A stretch of 62,970 nt of DNA, the filler included. It is 14 parts of 14 records of this genome, joined end to end, with 100 filler letters (N's around TTAATTAATTAA, not from the genome) between each part and the next. Parts side by side here need not be neighbours in the genome. Positions count along the whole stretch, not along the records: positions 21,293 to 29,033 come from SRR15195285_7020; positions 29,134 to 32,666 come from SRR15195285_7032; positions 32,767 to 35,868 come from SRR15195285_7033; 11 more parts are not named here. The stretch is one strand, 5' to 3'. Shown in pieces: positions 22,315 to 33,727 of this stretch (position 1 is the stretch's first letter; each line of letters opens with the position of its first letter). The notes beneath the pieces were generated by a model that saw nothing but the letters and a program-made list of their open reading frames with translations, did not search any database and had not been told where the DNA came from. The translations under genes were made by a program, and so were the position numbers.

Positions 22315-23800
22315 TCAAAGTTTACTAGACCTCGCTACTGCCATCGCCTGAAGATGTCGCACGTGTTCCGCAGCGCCCTCCGAACCGGCAGTGATATCCT
22401 CGTTGATTGGGACGACCTCATGAAGGGTGATGCCTTTCGTGGCTGTGTAGTGCGCATACGACAGCAATTCGCGTGTGTTTGGACTGCACCGCTCCAGAGT
22501 GTCCAACGGCCAGCGCTTCTCGGCGCCAAGGTGTTGCATCTGGTAACGGAAGCCAAGCACACGACGAGCACGGTCTGTCGGAACCCACGGGTAGACGAGG
22601 TGTGTGGTAGCTTCCGGCATAAGCACTAAACAATAGACCAGCCGCAGAATGGATCAGCAACCAACTACGATCATATCGAAGCAGAGTAGCAGACTGAGCA
22701 ACACCGAGCAACCAGAAAATAGCAACCACAATCAGACACAGTGATACTCACTAATATCACCAGGTTGCATCGTGATTTGCTTCAAGCCCATCCGCTCGTA
22801 GCTCGCAGGGAGCGGATTGTCGGCGTGCGCGTGCCTCTCTGGGCGACGGTCTCTTACAAGATCACCTTTCCCAGCGCCACCCTCTCGAGATCGCTGCTTG
22901 CAGCAATGCATACACCAACCCAGCGCAATGTTATATGCCTCCGACTCAACGTGCAGAAGCGCCAGTCTCTCGACAGGAGATTGGATTACCTGGCGAGCGG
23001 CCAGTCCATATTCGCCGAACATTGATGGCGGGCGCATAAATTCAGCTTTGTGACTACCTGGCAAGACCTGGTGGCGAATCGAAACCGCTCGAACGCGTGA
23101 GCCGATTACGATTGTACGGTTTGCCAATGTATCGCAGACACACGCACCCCGAGTCCACCGTCACCGTTCTGAACCTCCGTCAAGTAGATGAATACGATCA
23201 TGTCATTGCACCGCAGCTCGCCTCTCTCCTGATAAAACGTTGCACTTTCCGGACCAAAGTCAGTGCGTGCACAGTGTAGGTGACCGCCCCCTTTGCCGTT
23301 CGTCGCCCCAGCGCCGTGGTCAGGGTCATCGTTGATGAACTGGGCTCCTTTCATCTTGGGCTTGCCATTGGTCAGTTCCATGATAGCGGGCCAGAAGCTG
23401 CGGTGAAAGACGAGCGCCTCGACGTCTTTGTTCCAGCACCACAGCTCCGGCTTGGGGTGGCTTGTGCCGCTGAACTCCTCGGCGGCGGCTTGTGCAGCTA
23501 AGAGCTCGCTGCTACTGAGTGCGCCGTCCAAGAGAAGATAACCTGACCGAACTCGACAGAGCACCGTGCATATAGAGGGTCAGTGCCACGCAGCGGACGA
23601 GCATATCAAACAGCGCACGCACCGTTCAGATCCAGTAGGAAACGGTGCTCGTCACTCATCCCAGTGACGCGCGGGGCGACGCTTTCGTCGTATCGAAATG
23701 GCCGGCCTGAGACCAGGCCCAGCGTGCGGAAGGCTGAACCATCGCGCGCGACCCCGCCGATCTCAATCTCTGCGGACGATACCGTCGTGGCGTCGCTCAT
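22315..23800 (-). CDS. PhyH-family Fe(II)/2-oxoglutarate dioxygenase with PTS1 (SKL), multi-exon
   Basis: Motifs RFLLDLNG|YLLLDGALS, HLHCAR, YLTEV...DGGLG|VLPGSHK, QPGD, MPEATTH and RRVL. The C-terminus is ARSSKL-stop. Confidence 0.85.
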
Positions 23801-24203
23801 CTTTGCAACCCGGACACGCGTACCGGATCCTTACGTACGCGTACAGCGGTACACCCGCCCCAGCCGAGGCAGGGCAGGGCGGGGTCGTCGACTCGCGCGG
23901 TCCATGCATGCAGGACCCGCGCCGCCGCGCAACCGCGCATACCCCGCCCCTACACGCCTACAGCTGTACCGGGTACGTACATGTACGATGTAGAGGCAGT
24001 CTCAGAGATCTGACGGGGTCTAGCGCCGGATTGTCAACAAAAGATAAGTTTCAAAAATGGATTGTTGTGTACACGCGGCTATTTTGCATTTAAACTCGCG
24101 TCGTGCATGCCTGTGGCCATGGGGACTTGGGGAGTGGGGACGGCGCAGCGGGCGGCGGGGGCGGGCGCGCGCGGCGCGGCGCGCTGCCGCTGGGCGGCTG
24201 GGG

Positions 24204-26751
24204 ATGCCCTTCGCCGCCCGCACCAGCGTGCTGCTTTGGCTGGTCGCCGTACCTCTGCTCTGTGGCAGCATCGCGGGCACGACCTCGGTCGTGCATGTAG
24301 GTCCAGGCCAACTTCATCTCTGCGCAGCTGAGGCCGAGAATGCCGCGCGAGTCAGCGACGGGACTGGCGAACCACCAGGAATCACGCGCTGTATCCTAGC
24401 GCCGGGAGTCTACCGTGAAACCCTGACGTACGCTGGCTATGCACCCATCGAGATAGTTGGCGCAGGTCAAGGGCTCACCCAGTTTCGTGGCGACGAGCCG
24501 GTTGTAGGGCTGTCATGGACTCCGTCGCCAGATCCTGAGACGAGCGTCTTTTCGGCTGAGCTTCCAGCGGGAGTGCTCCGCACACCAGGAGTGCAGCAGG
24601 CATTCATCGAGGATAAATGGCTGCCGGAGGCACGCTACCCGAACACGAATTTGGACAAGATTCTTGAACTAACCAGCTGGGGTTTCTGTGGCAAGGGTTC
24701 GAAACATGGTTACTGCAAGGATCGACCAGACGCTTGGTCAGCTCTTCCGCATAGAAACTGGACAGGGGCACTGGCTACTCTGTCTCTCGGCACACGCATC
24801 GCTACTTGGACACGAACAGTGAAGTCGCACGGTGCTGGATGGTTCACCTACCAAGCATCGTTAGGGCCTGGACCAGGCACACGCGATGCCGCAAAGCCAG
24901 GAGCGCGCTACTTCTTGTCTGGGGTTCTTGCGGCGCTGGACTCTCCAGGTGAGTTGTGTTGGATAGATTCTTGCCTGCGTGGTTGCTGTGACGGCAGCAG
25001 CTGAGCTCGCCGTGCCATTGTGTGCCATGGCTGGGCGAACAGGCGAGTGGTTCGTCGATCAGGACGACTGGACTATATACGTTTGGGCGCCAGACTCACA
25101 GCCACCTGCTGACCGAGTCTCTCTCCGTGTCCGTGACTTCTGCGTGGACACTGCCCACGCAGCAGTCAAGTTGCAGAATGTGTCGATGCATGGGTGTACC
25201 TTTCGTCTGCGAAACTGCACAGGCTGTTTAGTCACCGACCTCAACATTACCTACGCATCGTACAACAGGCACGTGCACCTGCGTGATCCCCAGCCATTCC
25301 ATCGTGGGCCTCCTCCAAATATCACGCTCCTGGAGGGGAACAACAATACCATCAGTCGAGTGGCGCTGCGCTACTCCAACAGCGCTGGTCTGAAAGTGGT
25401 CGGGAGCAACAATCGGCTGGAGGAGCTGCTCATCCTCGACACTGACTGGCTCGGCACTCTTGACTATCCACCACTAGAGATTGGCTTTGGCAACGATTGC
25501 GACTCGTCAGAGATACGAAGTGCCAACGCTTCGGGCTGCAAAGACGTCCCTCCTTTCCCTGGCTTTGCACGTGATAGCATCGAAGCGATCCCAATAATGC
25601 AGGGAACGCTAGGCAATGGGGTGAAAATGCAGATGTACCCACGCAACATCTTCGGCACGAATAATACGATCACCAGAGCCACCGTGGGGCGGTCGGGCAG
25701 CGCGGGGATCGTTACCTCGCAGCTCAGCAACGAAGTTTCTTTCTCGCATGTCTTCGGCGCGGGTCTGATCGGGCTTGATGATGCAGGGATCCATGCAGAC
25801 AACTCTCGCGCCAATGGCGTGCACTGTGCTGGTGAGCGCTGCATCAAAGTGTGGCACCACAACTGGGTCCACAACTGCAAGGCGAAGTGTGTGCGTGGCG
25901 ACGACTTCACCAAGAATTTGACGGTGCACCACAACGTGATCTGGAACTGCGGTGAGCCCAAGAGTGACGGTGGAGGGCAGTCTTTTGGTGTGGTACTCAA
26001 GGGTGACTACAACAAATTTTACGCCAACACTGTCCTCCGCACTGCACAAGCCGATGTTATGATCTGTACAGGAGAGGAGGGGCCCAACCGTCACACGGTG
26101 ATAGTGAACAACGTCGCGAGCCGCTGGAGCGGTAAGAAAGGGCCGAAACCGCCGACTCCAGCCCAGAGGAAGGCTGGAAACTGGGGTGGGAACGTGGAGG
26201 CGTCAGACGTTGCGATGTTTGTCGACTTCGCCGCCTTCGATTTCCGCCCGAATAACCGCTCGCAGCTCATAGCCAAAGGTATTCTGCACCCGCCAGAGGT
26301 CGTCGGCCCGAATCAGCACCCAGATGCCGGGGCATACCAGTCAAACGCGGAGACAGCATGGCGCGCGGGCTGCACGTTCTCCTCCGAGTGCAACGCCTCG
26401 ATTCTGCCGCCACTGCCCCCACCATCGCCTTGCGCTCCGCCCGCTGCTGGCTGGACGTGTCGCCGACGATCATACTGCGGGCCGAAGCAGAGTTATTACT
26501 GGAGTGGGCAGCTCGACTTGCCCAACTGCTATGCGGCATGCGCTGCCAACCGCACTGGCTGCTCGTGCTTTGATCATATTACAACCGGTCCTGATGACGA
26601 TCCCAATGCACTCACAGCAAACACGCTTGGAACCACTCCTGCTAAGTGCCGGCTTCATGCCTCGGCCGCAGACATCGTGACGAACCAGGTCTCGGATTAC
26701 ACGGCATATTGGCACGGCGGCAATGCCACTGCAGACAATCTCAGCAACTAG
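24204..26751 (+). CDS. Secreted right-handed parallel beta-helix protein (GH141-like) with C-terminal Cys-rich module
   Basis: Signal peptide, LAPGVYRE and LPEARYPN. Intron 24949-25042 gives LAALDSPGEWF. Beta-helix repeats (HHNWVHN, HHNVIWN, YANT) and DFRP...DAGAYQ. Confidence 0.75.
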
Positions 26752-27571
26752 CTTAAGCGTCTACTGTGCTGGCTCGGAAGAGGCTACAGTAATGCACGTG
26801 ATAATCATTCACTACTATTCATTCAGCCCCGCCTCGAGCAATGAAATGAAACCAGTTAATGCACCCTAGTGATACATGAGTCCGCCACAACACTCAGCCT
26901 TGCCAGGCGCAATACCTCCACTGCGAAATGTGGAGACATTGCCTAGGCAAAAGTTTCACAGATGTGCCCAGAGCTCTGCCACACTTCACGCTCGAGCGCC
27001 GCAGCTTGCAGCACCATTGCCTTGTGCACTGTCTGCACCTCGTTCACGTTGCGGTAGTGTGGATTTTTCAATCCCCAGTACGCAATATGTATCTGCGGGG
27101 CCCATGTGTCGCCGGGTCTCGCCCTCTGTGTGGACGAACCAATATGTACCGGCGCTTGATGTCCGGGGGCATACCATGTGACATCTGAGGGCACAGTATG
27201 TGGCATTTCAGGCGGACGGCGGCGCTCGCCGCGAGCGCGCGCGGACGGGCGCATGCATCTTGCCCACCATTGGGCTCAAGCCCAGCGCGGCAGTCAACCC
27301 GTCTGTAAGGGCAGAAGAGGTTGCAAGTGCTAGACGATAGCCTCCCCACTGGCAGCAGGTCGACCACGAGCGTGCAGCTCGCGCTCGGCGCAGCGCAAGC
27401 CCGGCTTCTAATCATGCCAAAGACCCAGGCGACCTAAACTTGGGGCTGAATCGACCATTGTTATTCACCGCCACGCTGACGTCCATCGACGTAACTTTTC
27501 AACCGCTCATTGGGGTTAGCCGCCCAGACGATCCACATTTCTCGACCCTCGTACCACCGCACGGCGTCACC

Positions 27572-28802
27572 TCAAGCCTTAGTTCTCCCTTCCTCTTCCA
27601 CGTCCACGTCCTTCTTCTCTGTGCTTGCTGCTGCTGGCGCCGGCCTGCGCGACACGATCTCGTCGACTATCCCGGCCGCGACAGCCTGCTGCGGGCTGCC
27701 CATCACAGCAGCAGTGTGCCCGAACAGCTTAGTATCGAGCAGGCACCGGGCAAGAAGCAACGATTCGGGCCGCCGGGCCCGGCGCGGGGTTGCGCTAGCA
27801 CGCGCAAAAGGGTCTGTCGCACGTCATGTAGTTGTCTATGCGCCACATCTCCATCACTTTCTCCACGCTCACGCCGAGGTGCCGCGCGAGAATCGCTGCG
27901 AGGAGGTCATTCTTCGCCTTGAGCTCCTCAGCGTGCACCATCACATCTTCGACCTTGCTGCGGCTGTACCCACCTGATGCGGAGTGGATCATCATCCGGG
28001 CGTGCGGCAGCGCCCGCCGGTGGCCGGGCTCGCCGGCGGCGAGCAGGATCGCGGCCATAGACGATGCGTGGCCGATGCACAGGGTGTGCACTGGCGAGCG
28101 GACGTACTGCATGACGTCGTAGATCGCGAGCCCGGACGTGACCACACCGCCGCTGCTGTTGATGACCAACTGAATCGGTTTCGGGCCGCCAGGGTCGGTG
28201 GTGCCATCCTCGAGCGCATCGAGGTACAGCAAGTCGGCGATGACGGCCTTGGCCGTCGAGTCGGAGATCGAGCCGCTGATGAAGACCATGCGCTGCCGGT
28301 GGCGCAGCTCCAGAAGCGGCTCCACCCGCGGCGTCGCCACAGCTTTCCCCTCGTTCTCCTTCTCCTTCGCCTGCTTCTTCTTCTTGCTCCGCTTCTTCTT
28401 GGCATCCTCGTCATCCTGCCGCTTGCCCTTGTCGCCTTTGCGATCCGGTGCCTGCTTCGTCGGCGGCGCGTCTTCGTTCGGCGGCTCCTCCGCATCCTTC
28501 TTGGGCCTCTTCTTCAGCCTGCCTTTCCGCTCCCGCTGCGGGGTGCCCTCGGCGCCGCTGGCGCCGTCGCCCCGGCTGTCGCAGCGGCAGCTTGCGCAGA
28601 GCCCCGCCGATGCCGATGCCACGCCGACGCCGAACGCGAACGCGGGCCGGACGAGGCGCGGCGTCGCCACCGCCGTCGCCACGGAGTGGCGACGCCATCT
28701 AACGCCCGGCGTCCGCCGCAGTGTGGCTGGGCGCGGCGCGGCAGCACAGCGCTGGCGGGCCAGCGCCGACAGCGTGCCGGCAGCGCCGGCACGCATGGCC
28801 AT
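27572..28802 (-). CDS. clpP: ATP-dependent Clp protease proteolytic subunit (organellar) with long N-terminal extension
   Basis: INSSGGVV, GLAIYDVMQ, HASSMAA (Ser), MMIHSASGG (His) and RIDNYMT|PQQAVAAGIVDEI (Asp, with one intron). Arg/Ala-rich transit-like N-terminus. Confidence 0.92.
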
Positions 28803-28945
28803 CCACCACCACTACTCCAGAGGTGCTCTGCAGCGCACGCGAGGGGTCCGCGTTGGTTCGGTGCTGTGTCAGCACAGCACCGAAGAATGAGAATTTCTAC
28901 AATACTATATGTAGCGTAAAATCACGCTTGCCGGACGATCGATGA

Positions 28946-29018
28946 GCCGCTGTAGCGCAATGGATAACGCGTTGGCCTCCTAAGCCAAAGATTGTGGGTT
29001 CGAGTCCCATCAGTGGTA
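28946..29018 (+). tRNA. tRNA-Arg (anticodon CCT)
   Basis: 73-nt cloverleaf: acceptor stem GCCGCTG/CAGTGGT, D-loop AATGGATA, anticodon arm TTGGC-CTCCTAA-GCCAA, T-arm GTGGG-TTCGAGT-CCCAT. No encoded CCA. Confidence 0.95.
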
Positions 29019-29033
29019 GGATCATCTTCTCTC

Positions 29034-29133
29034 NNNNNNNNNNNNNNNNNNNNNNNNNNNNNNNNNNNNNNNNNNNNTTAATTAATTAANNNNNNNNNNN
29101 NNNNNNNNNNNNNNNNNNNNNNNNNNNNNNNNN
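29034..29133. other. Artificial contig spacer
   Basis: N44-TTAATTAATTAA-N44. Confidence 0.99.
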
Positions 29134-29664
29134 GCCACTTTTCCCGCGCGCGCGGGATGTACCTTGTACCATCCGATCGCGTGCGGAATGCGATTCATAC
29201 AATAAAGGACCGATCAAATCACATTGCACTGGCCCGTGCGCCGTGGCTTGAAGCCTTGCTCAATTGAACGCCGCGGTTGGGGTTGCGCCGGGCCTCGCGA
29301 TGGCACGCATCACCGCGACCGCGCCGGCACGCACGGCGTACATGTCCGCGGCTAATGGACTGTGACCGGTAGCCAGGCTCATTCCAGGAGGAGGTCCGTC
29401 GTTCTGGAGCTGCTTGCGTCCAGCTCGTGTGCGGCACATCGCGGCATAGGTGCATTCTGTGCGCACTGAGATGCTGAGAATGCACCGCCGCCGCGGTACT
29501 GCGTGCTAGCTGAGCACGGCGCGGGCCCCCGGCGGGGCAGCGGACACGCCTTGTCCGAGCCAGGCCTGCCTGGTGAACATAACACGGTCAGGGGTACCCT
29601 CAGAGGGGTCCCTCAGCGTAGCCTGGGAGCTGATACGGCTCTGCACGGCGCCCCGGCGGACGTG

Positions 29665-31481
29665 ATGCACGCGTCGTCCTTGTCGCCCGCGTCCGAGTCG
29701 GCGTGCGCGCGTGTACTTGCGCTGCCGTGGACCGCGCTGCCCGCGCGCATCGGGTGCGCGCTTTGAAATTTGAGCAGCGTCGACCACAGTTCGGGCTGCG
29801 CTGACGACTGGCCATGCTTGCTGATCAGGTCGTGGTATGTCAAGGGAGCGTTTGAGACGGACGACAGCCTCGACCCGCGCCATGCTACAACGGGCTATGC
29901 TGTGCTGGTGAGTTCTTGCCCAAAGGCCCCCGGCTGCAGTCCAACAGCCGGCGTGTAGCCTTGGAGCCCAGTGCTTACAGGGCGGGTGCGCACGCGTGAA
30001 TACTGCAGCTGACGGACTTAGCGAGAGTCTGGTGGCAGCAGTTCAGCGTTGCAGAGCTGGTTGAGGCAATGAAAGTCTCCCCCGATCATGCGGCTGCAAT
30101 GTGCGTTGCGCAGTCTGCGACGAGATCATTCCGCGGATGCCTTTAGCTCATGCAGGCTTGCTGCGCCGCTGTGTCTGCAGGCACGATGAGCACGAAGCAT
30201 GCAATATGATGCGCCAATTTGAGAAAGCATTTGCCGAGCCCCATCTCCCGCTGTACACGTTTCGCATTGAAATGCGCGGCGAAGACGCGGTGCTGAGACT
30301 CGAGATTGACACGGAAGTCAACGGCAGCGCCGACGATCTGTTCGATGACGAGGAGCAGACAACCATGAATTGGTCATTCGACACAACAGCATTGGAGTGG
30401 CCTGAGTCTGCAACACTGCTGCGCGAGACATTCATCCAGCCTTTGATTTCTGTAAAACAGCAGCTGCAGCTGCAGAAAATGGATCTTGCGCACACGATCG
30501 TCCAGGGCGAGACCGGCGTCAGTGCCAGTGCTACCGGTGGGCACATGCGCGCTGTTACCGGCTGGCGTGCTGCTTATCAAACAAATGGAGCAGGTGGAGG
30601 CCCCGAAGAATTCAAACTGGAAGATTTTGATCAGCAGCATGTTGAAGTGCGCAACTTGATATCGCACGCTCCAGCCTACATTCTTCCATATTTCTGCAGT
30701 CTGACCGCATGGATGTATCGCACGCTTGCTGCAGAGCTTTAAGCGCAGCCGTGAAGCGTCCATAACTGTTGGTACCGCAGCAGCGGCTACAGCCAGCGAT
30801 AACCTCTTCGATCACTTTGCTGCGGGTATTTACAGCGCGCATGTCAATGTCGAGGGCCGTCGCAACTCTGCACGCGAGGGAGCCGAGGGCACGGCAGGAG
30901 GCTCCGACCATCTGCATGGAGGTGGCGATGGCAATGGCCGCACGCCTTACACGCACAGCGATACCCAAGACAGGCCTCGCGACAGCTGGGATAGCTTGGC
31001 TAGTGCAGACCGATCCCATTCCACGACATCAACCTCGGACTGTGCCTCACGCGGCGACAGAGGAACGAGGGTTGCCGACGCTGAAAGCCCTGGCCAAGGA
31101 ACCAAGCGACAACGGACAGGCGAAAGTGCCGGACGCACAGCTTCAAGCGTGGATAGTGATGATTCCGACGCGGAGATGGCTGCACTGTTTGCAGCAGAGT
31201 CAACTGCAGGGACCCAACGAATAGGATGTCGTCAAGGACCGGGGAAAACGTTGGGTATATTGGACATGGCTGCCGATGACTACCAGCCATCACAGCAGCG
31301 TGAAGATGTTGTGAAACAGCATTCCAATCACACGCAGCAGCGGCATCGGCGAGCCATGTCACCAGCTGTATCGGTTCCACGGCCGGCAGCAGGCACGTCG
31401 CAGCAGCGCCCGTCGCCTTCAATCGGCGGGAGCTCGAAGAAAAAGATCAAGAAGAAGAAACGGAACCGGAAGGTCATCTGA
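29665..31481 (+). CDS. NHEJ1: XLF/Cernunnos (NHEJ1)-like non-homologous end-joining factor, multi-exon
   Basis: Introns 29754-29828, 29908-30008, 30101-30180 and about 30647-30734 give LPWTAL...GYAVLLTDLARVW...LRLEIDTEVNG...WSF...LLRETFIQPL...YQTNGA...KLEDFD. A disordered tail follows, ending in basic KKKKRNRKVI. This parallels the XLF head, coiled coil and Ku-binding motif. Confidence 0.7.
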
Positions 31482-31745
31482 ACTCCGACTACCACGATTT
31501 TGTGCACATCAGTCGCAACCGTCTTGGTGTGCACGAGCACAGATGCGCGCTTCATTTTGAAGGCAGTGCAACATGCCTTGGCAATCACTGCCCATCGCTG
31601 CCTTATCAACACCGCAATGCACTGCGTCACGTCCGGCGTATGAAAAGCACGGGCGCTGGGCAGGCCTGCGCCGACGTTGCCAAAGGTGTTTGCGCCACTT
31701 GGTGTCGACACACCGGCAGAGTGATCGAATGAAGGAACCCAAATG

Positions 31746-32666
31746 CTATTGCGCCAACCGCGTTTGTGTCGGCACAGGCGCCTGAAATTCTTGCCCCGCC
31801 GCAACACCATCCGGAAATGTCACCAGCGCTTTCCTAGGGACACCATCCTGCGTGTAGTCAACAGCAAGCTGCCCGCGATTCACGCGTGAGAAGTTTGCAG
31901 CGAAGGCAACGCAAAAGGTGGTTACGGAAGAGCGCACAGGCGAACCTTTTGTCCAGGTGTGAGTCCAGCGGGAGCGACTACAGTCAAGAACTGAGATGTC
32001 TGCCGGGCCAGTGGGATCTGCTCTGGCGCCGCCGCCACTGGCGGTCGTCCTCGTCGTCTGAAGCAGATGCAGCCGGTTTCTATCGGCTCGGAATCAGGAG
32101 GTGGCTCCAGAACCAAGTCGTTCTCGAGCTCTGGCTTCGGTGCCCGCACTGGCTCGAGCTCCGGCTCATGTTGCTGCTCTGGCTCAGGGACCGGCGCGGT
32201 CTCAGGAAGCAACTCCGGCGCTGACTCGGGCTCTGGACTGGGCTCCGGATCGGGCTCCGGATCGGGCTCAGGGTCGGGCTCAGGGTCGGGCTCTGGATCG
32301 GGCTCCGGGTCGGGCTCAGGGTCTGGCTCGTTTGCTGGCTCGGGATCAGGTTCTGGCTCTGCAGCAGTCTCGGCCTCGGTGGCCAGTTCGTCCGCGGCCG
32401 GCGCCTCATCGGATGCCTCAGCAGGGGGAACTGGTGGGTTCTCGATGGGTGGAAGCCGCGCCGGCTGTTGTTGCCGTTCGATCTTCTGCTCCTGCTGCAC
32501 CCGGATCTTCGACTTCACGAGCATGCCACGCAAACTGTAGAGCGCTCGGCGCAGGGTGCACCGCCAGACTCTGTGCACACTTTTCAGCTCTCTCGTCTCT
32601 ATCCGTCTGTGGCGTCAAAAATCGCTGCACACGGCCCACACGCCCCCACGATCCGATGGGGCGAGT
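31746..32666 (-). CDS. Hypothetical protein with (EPDP)n linker and C-terminal V-x-x-P-x-G repeat domain (5'-truncated)
   Basis: ORF 31922..32578 spliced to 31746..31937 gives [47 protein letters not shown]. Confidence 0.55.
32240..32360 (-). repeat. Coding 12-nt tandem repeat (EPDP)n
   Basis: The + strand shows tandem units like GGCTCCGGATCG / GGCTCAGGGTCG, with synonymous variation in the minus frame. Confidence 0.85.
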
Positions 32667-32766
32667 NNNNNNNNNNNNNNNNNNNNNNNNNNNNNNNNNN
32701 NNNNNNNNNNTTAATTAATTAANNNNNNNNNNNNNNNNNNNNNNNNNNNNNNNNNNNNNNNNNNNN
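32667..32766. other. Artificial contig spacer
   Basis: N44-TTAATTAATTAA-N44. Confidence 0.99.
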
Positions 32767-33636
32767 GACGCGATGCGTGCCACGATGCGACTGCGCGACG
32801 CGCTGGTGCCTTACATATATACAGCTGGAATACATGCCTTCCGAACGGGCGTGTCGCTGCTCCGGCCTATGTACTACAGCTGGCCGACGTTTGATGCTGC
32901 CTACTCTCATCCATCTCAGTACATGTTCGGCGACTCGATCCTAGTGTCGCCGGTTGTGAGCGCCAGCGCTAACACCACTGGCCTTGCATCTAAGGTGGTT
33001 TGGTTCCCTGACCTGACCAGTGGTGCCGAAAGTCACTCATCTGTCAGTGCTGGGTGGGTGAACTTCATCGACGGGAAGCCAGCCAGTACGTCGAAGACCA
33101 AATGGGAAGCGACGGAGATACCTGCATTTGTAAAGCCAGGGGCAATCATTCCGATGCGTACCATGAACTCGACCTACACGAGTTTTGCAGACCCGCTGAT
33201 CTGGGCGTTATGGGTGTCAGCAGCAATGCCAAATGTGAGCTCGAACTACGAGCTTTACGAGGACGCAGGTGACGGTCGAGAGTACGAGGACCCAAACAAC
33301 TCTGCGCACGCAACAACGGGCGCTGCCCTGAAGGCACGGCAGAAGCTGATATCTTTCGAGGTGCAGGCAACGCGTGGAAGTTATGCCGGACAGGGGATGA
33401 CCCGACAGCAAGTGGTGCAGCTACGGGGAATTGATGCAGACCAAATCGACACTGTCAAAGTCGATGGAGCGACTGCGACCAAGAGCTCGGCGGGTGCATC
33501 AGGCAACAGCTGGTATGTCGCGACACAGAGCGCGAACGCGAGGGACAACTTCACGCAGCCTGTCGGAAGCGTGGTTGTGCTCATTGGGCGGCGTGTGATC
33601 AGCGTGGGCGTTAAGGTGGAGGTGACGCTTGCATAA
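32767..33636 (+). CDS. C-terminal part of a GH31 glycoside hydrolase (5'-truncated)
   Basis: Motifs RLRDALVPYIYT, LLRPMYY, QYMFGDSILVSPV, IPAFVKPGAIIP and LYEDAGDG. Confidence 0.88.
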   Translation, partial: DAMRATMRLRDALVPYIYTAGIHAFRTGVSLLRPMYYSWPTFDAAYSHPSQYMFGDSILVSPVVSASANTTGLASKVVWFPDLTSGAESHSSVSAGWVNFIDGKPASTSKTKWEATEIPAFVKPGAIIPMRTMNSTYTSFADPLIWALWVSAAMPNVSSNYELYEDAGDGREYEDPNNSAHATTGAALKARQKLISFEVQATRGSYAGQGMTRQQVVQLRGIDADQIDTVKVDGATATKSSAGASGNSWYVATQSANARDNFTQPVGSVVVLIGRRVISVGVKVEVTLA

Positions 33637-33727
33637 AGTCCATCTTCACTTCCTCAATCATCTTCCATTGCATGCGTATTTTTTCTTGGCGTGTCAACTC
33701 ATTGCTCCTGCAAGTGAGCTAGGCGTC

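Noticed and set aside
32067-32540. (GS)n ORF resembling a synthetic linker
   Set aside because: It is the reverse complement of the coding (EPDP)n repeat.
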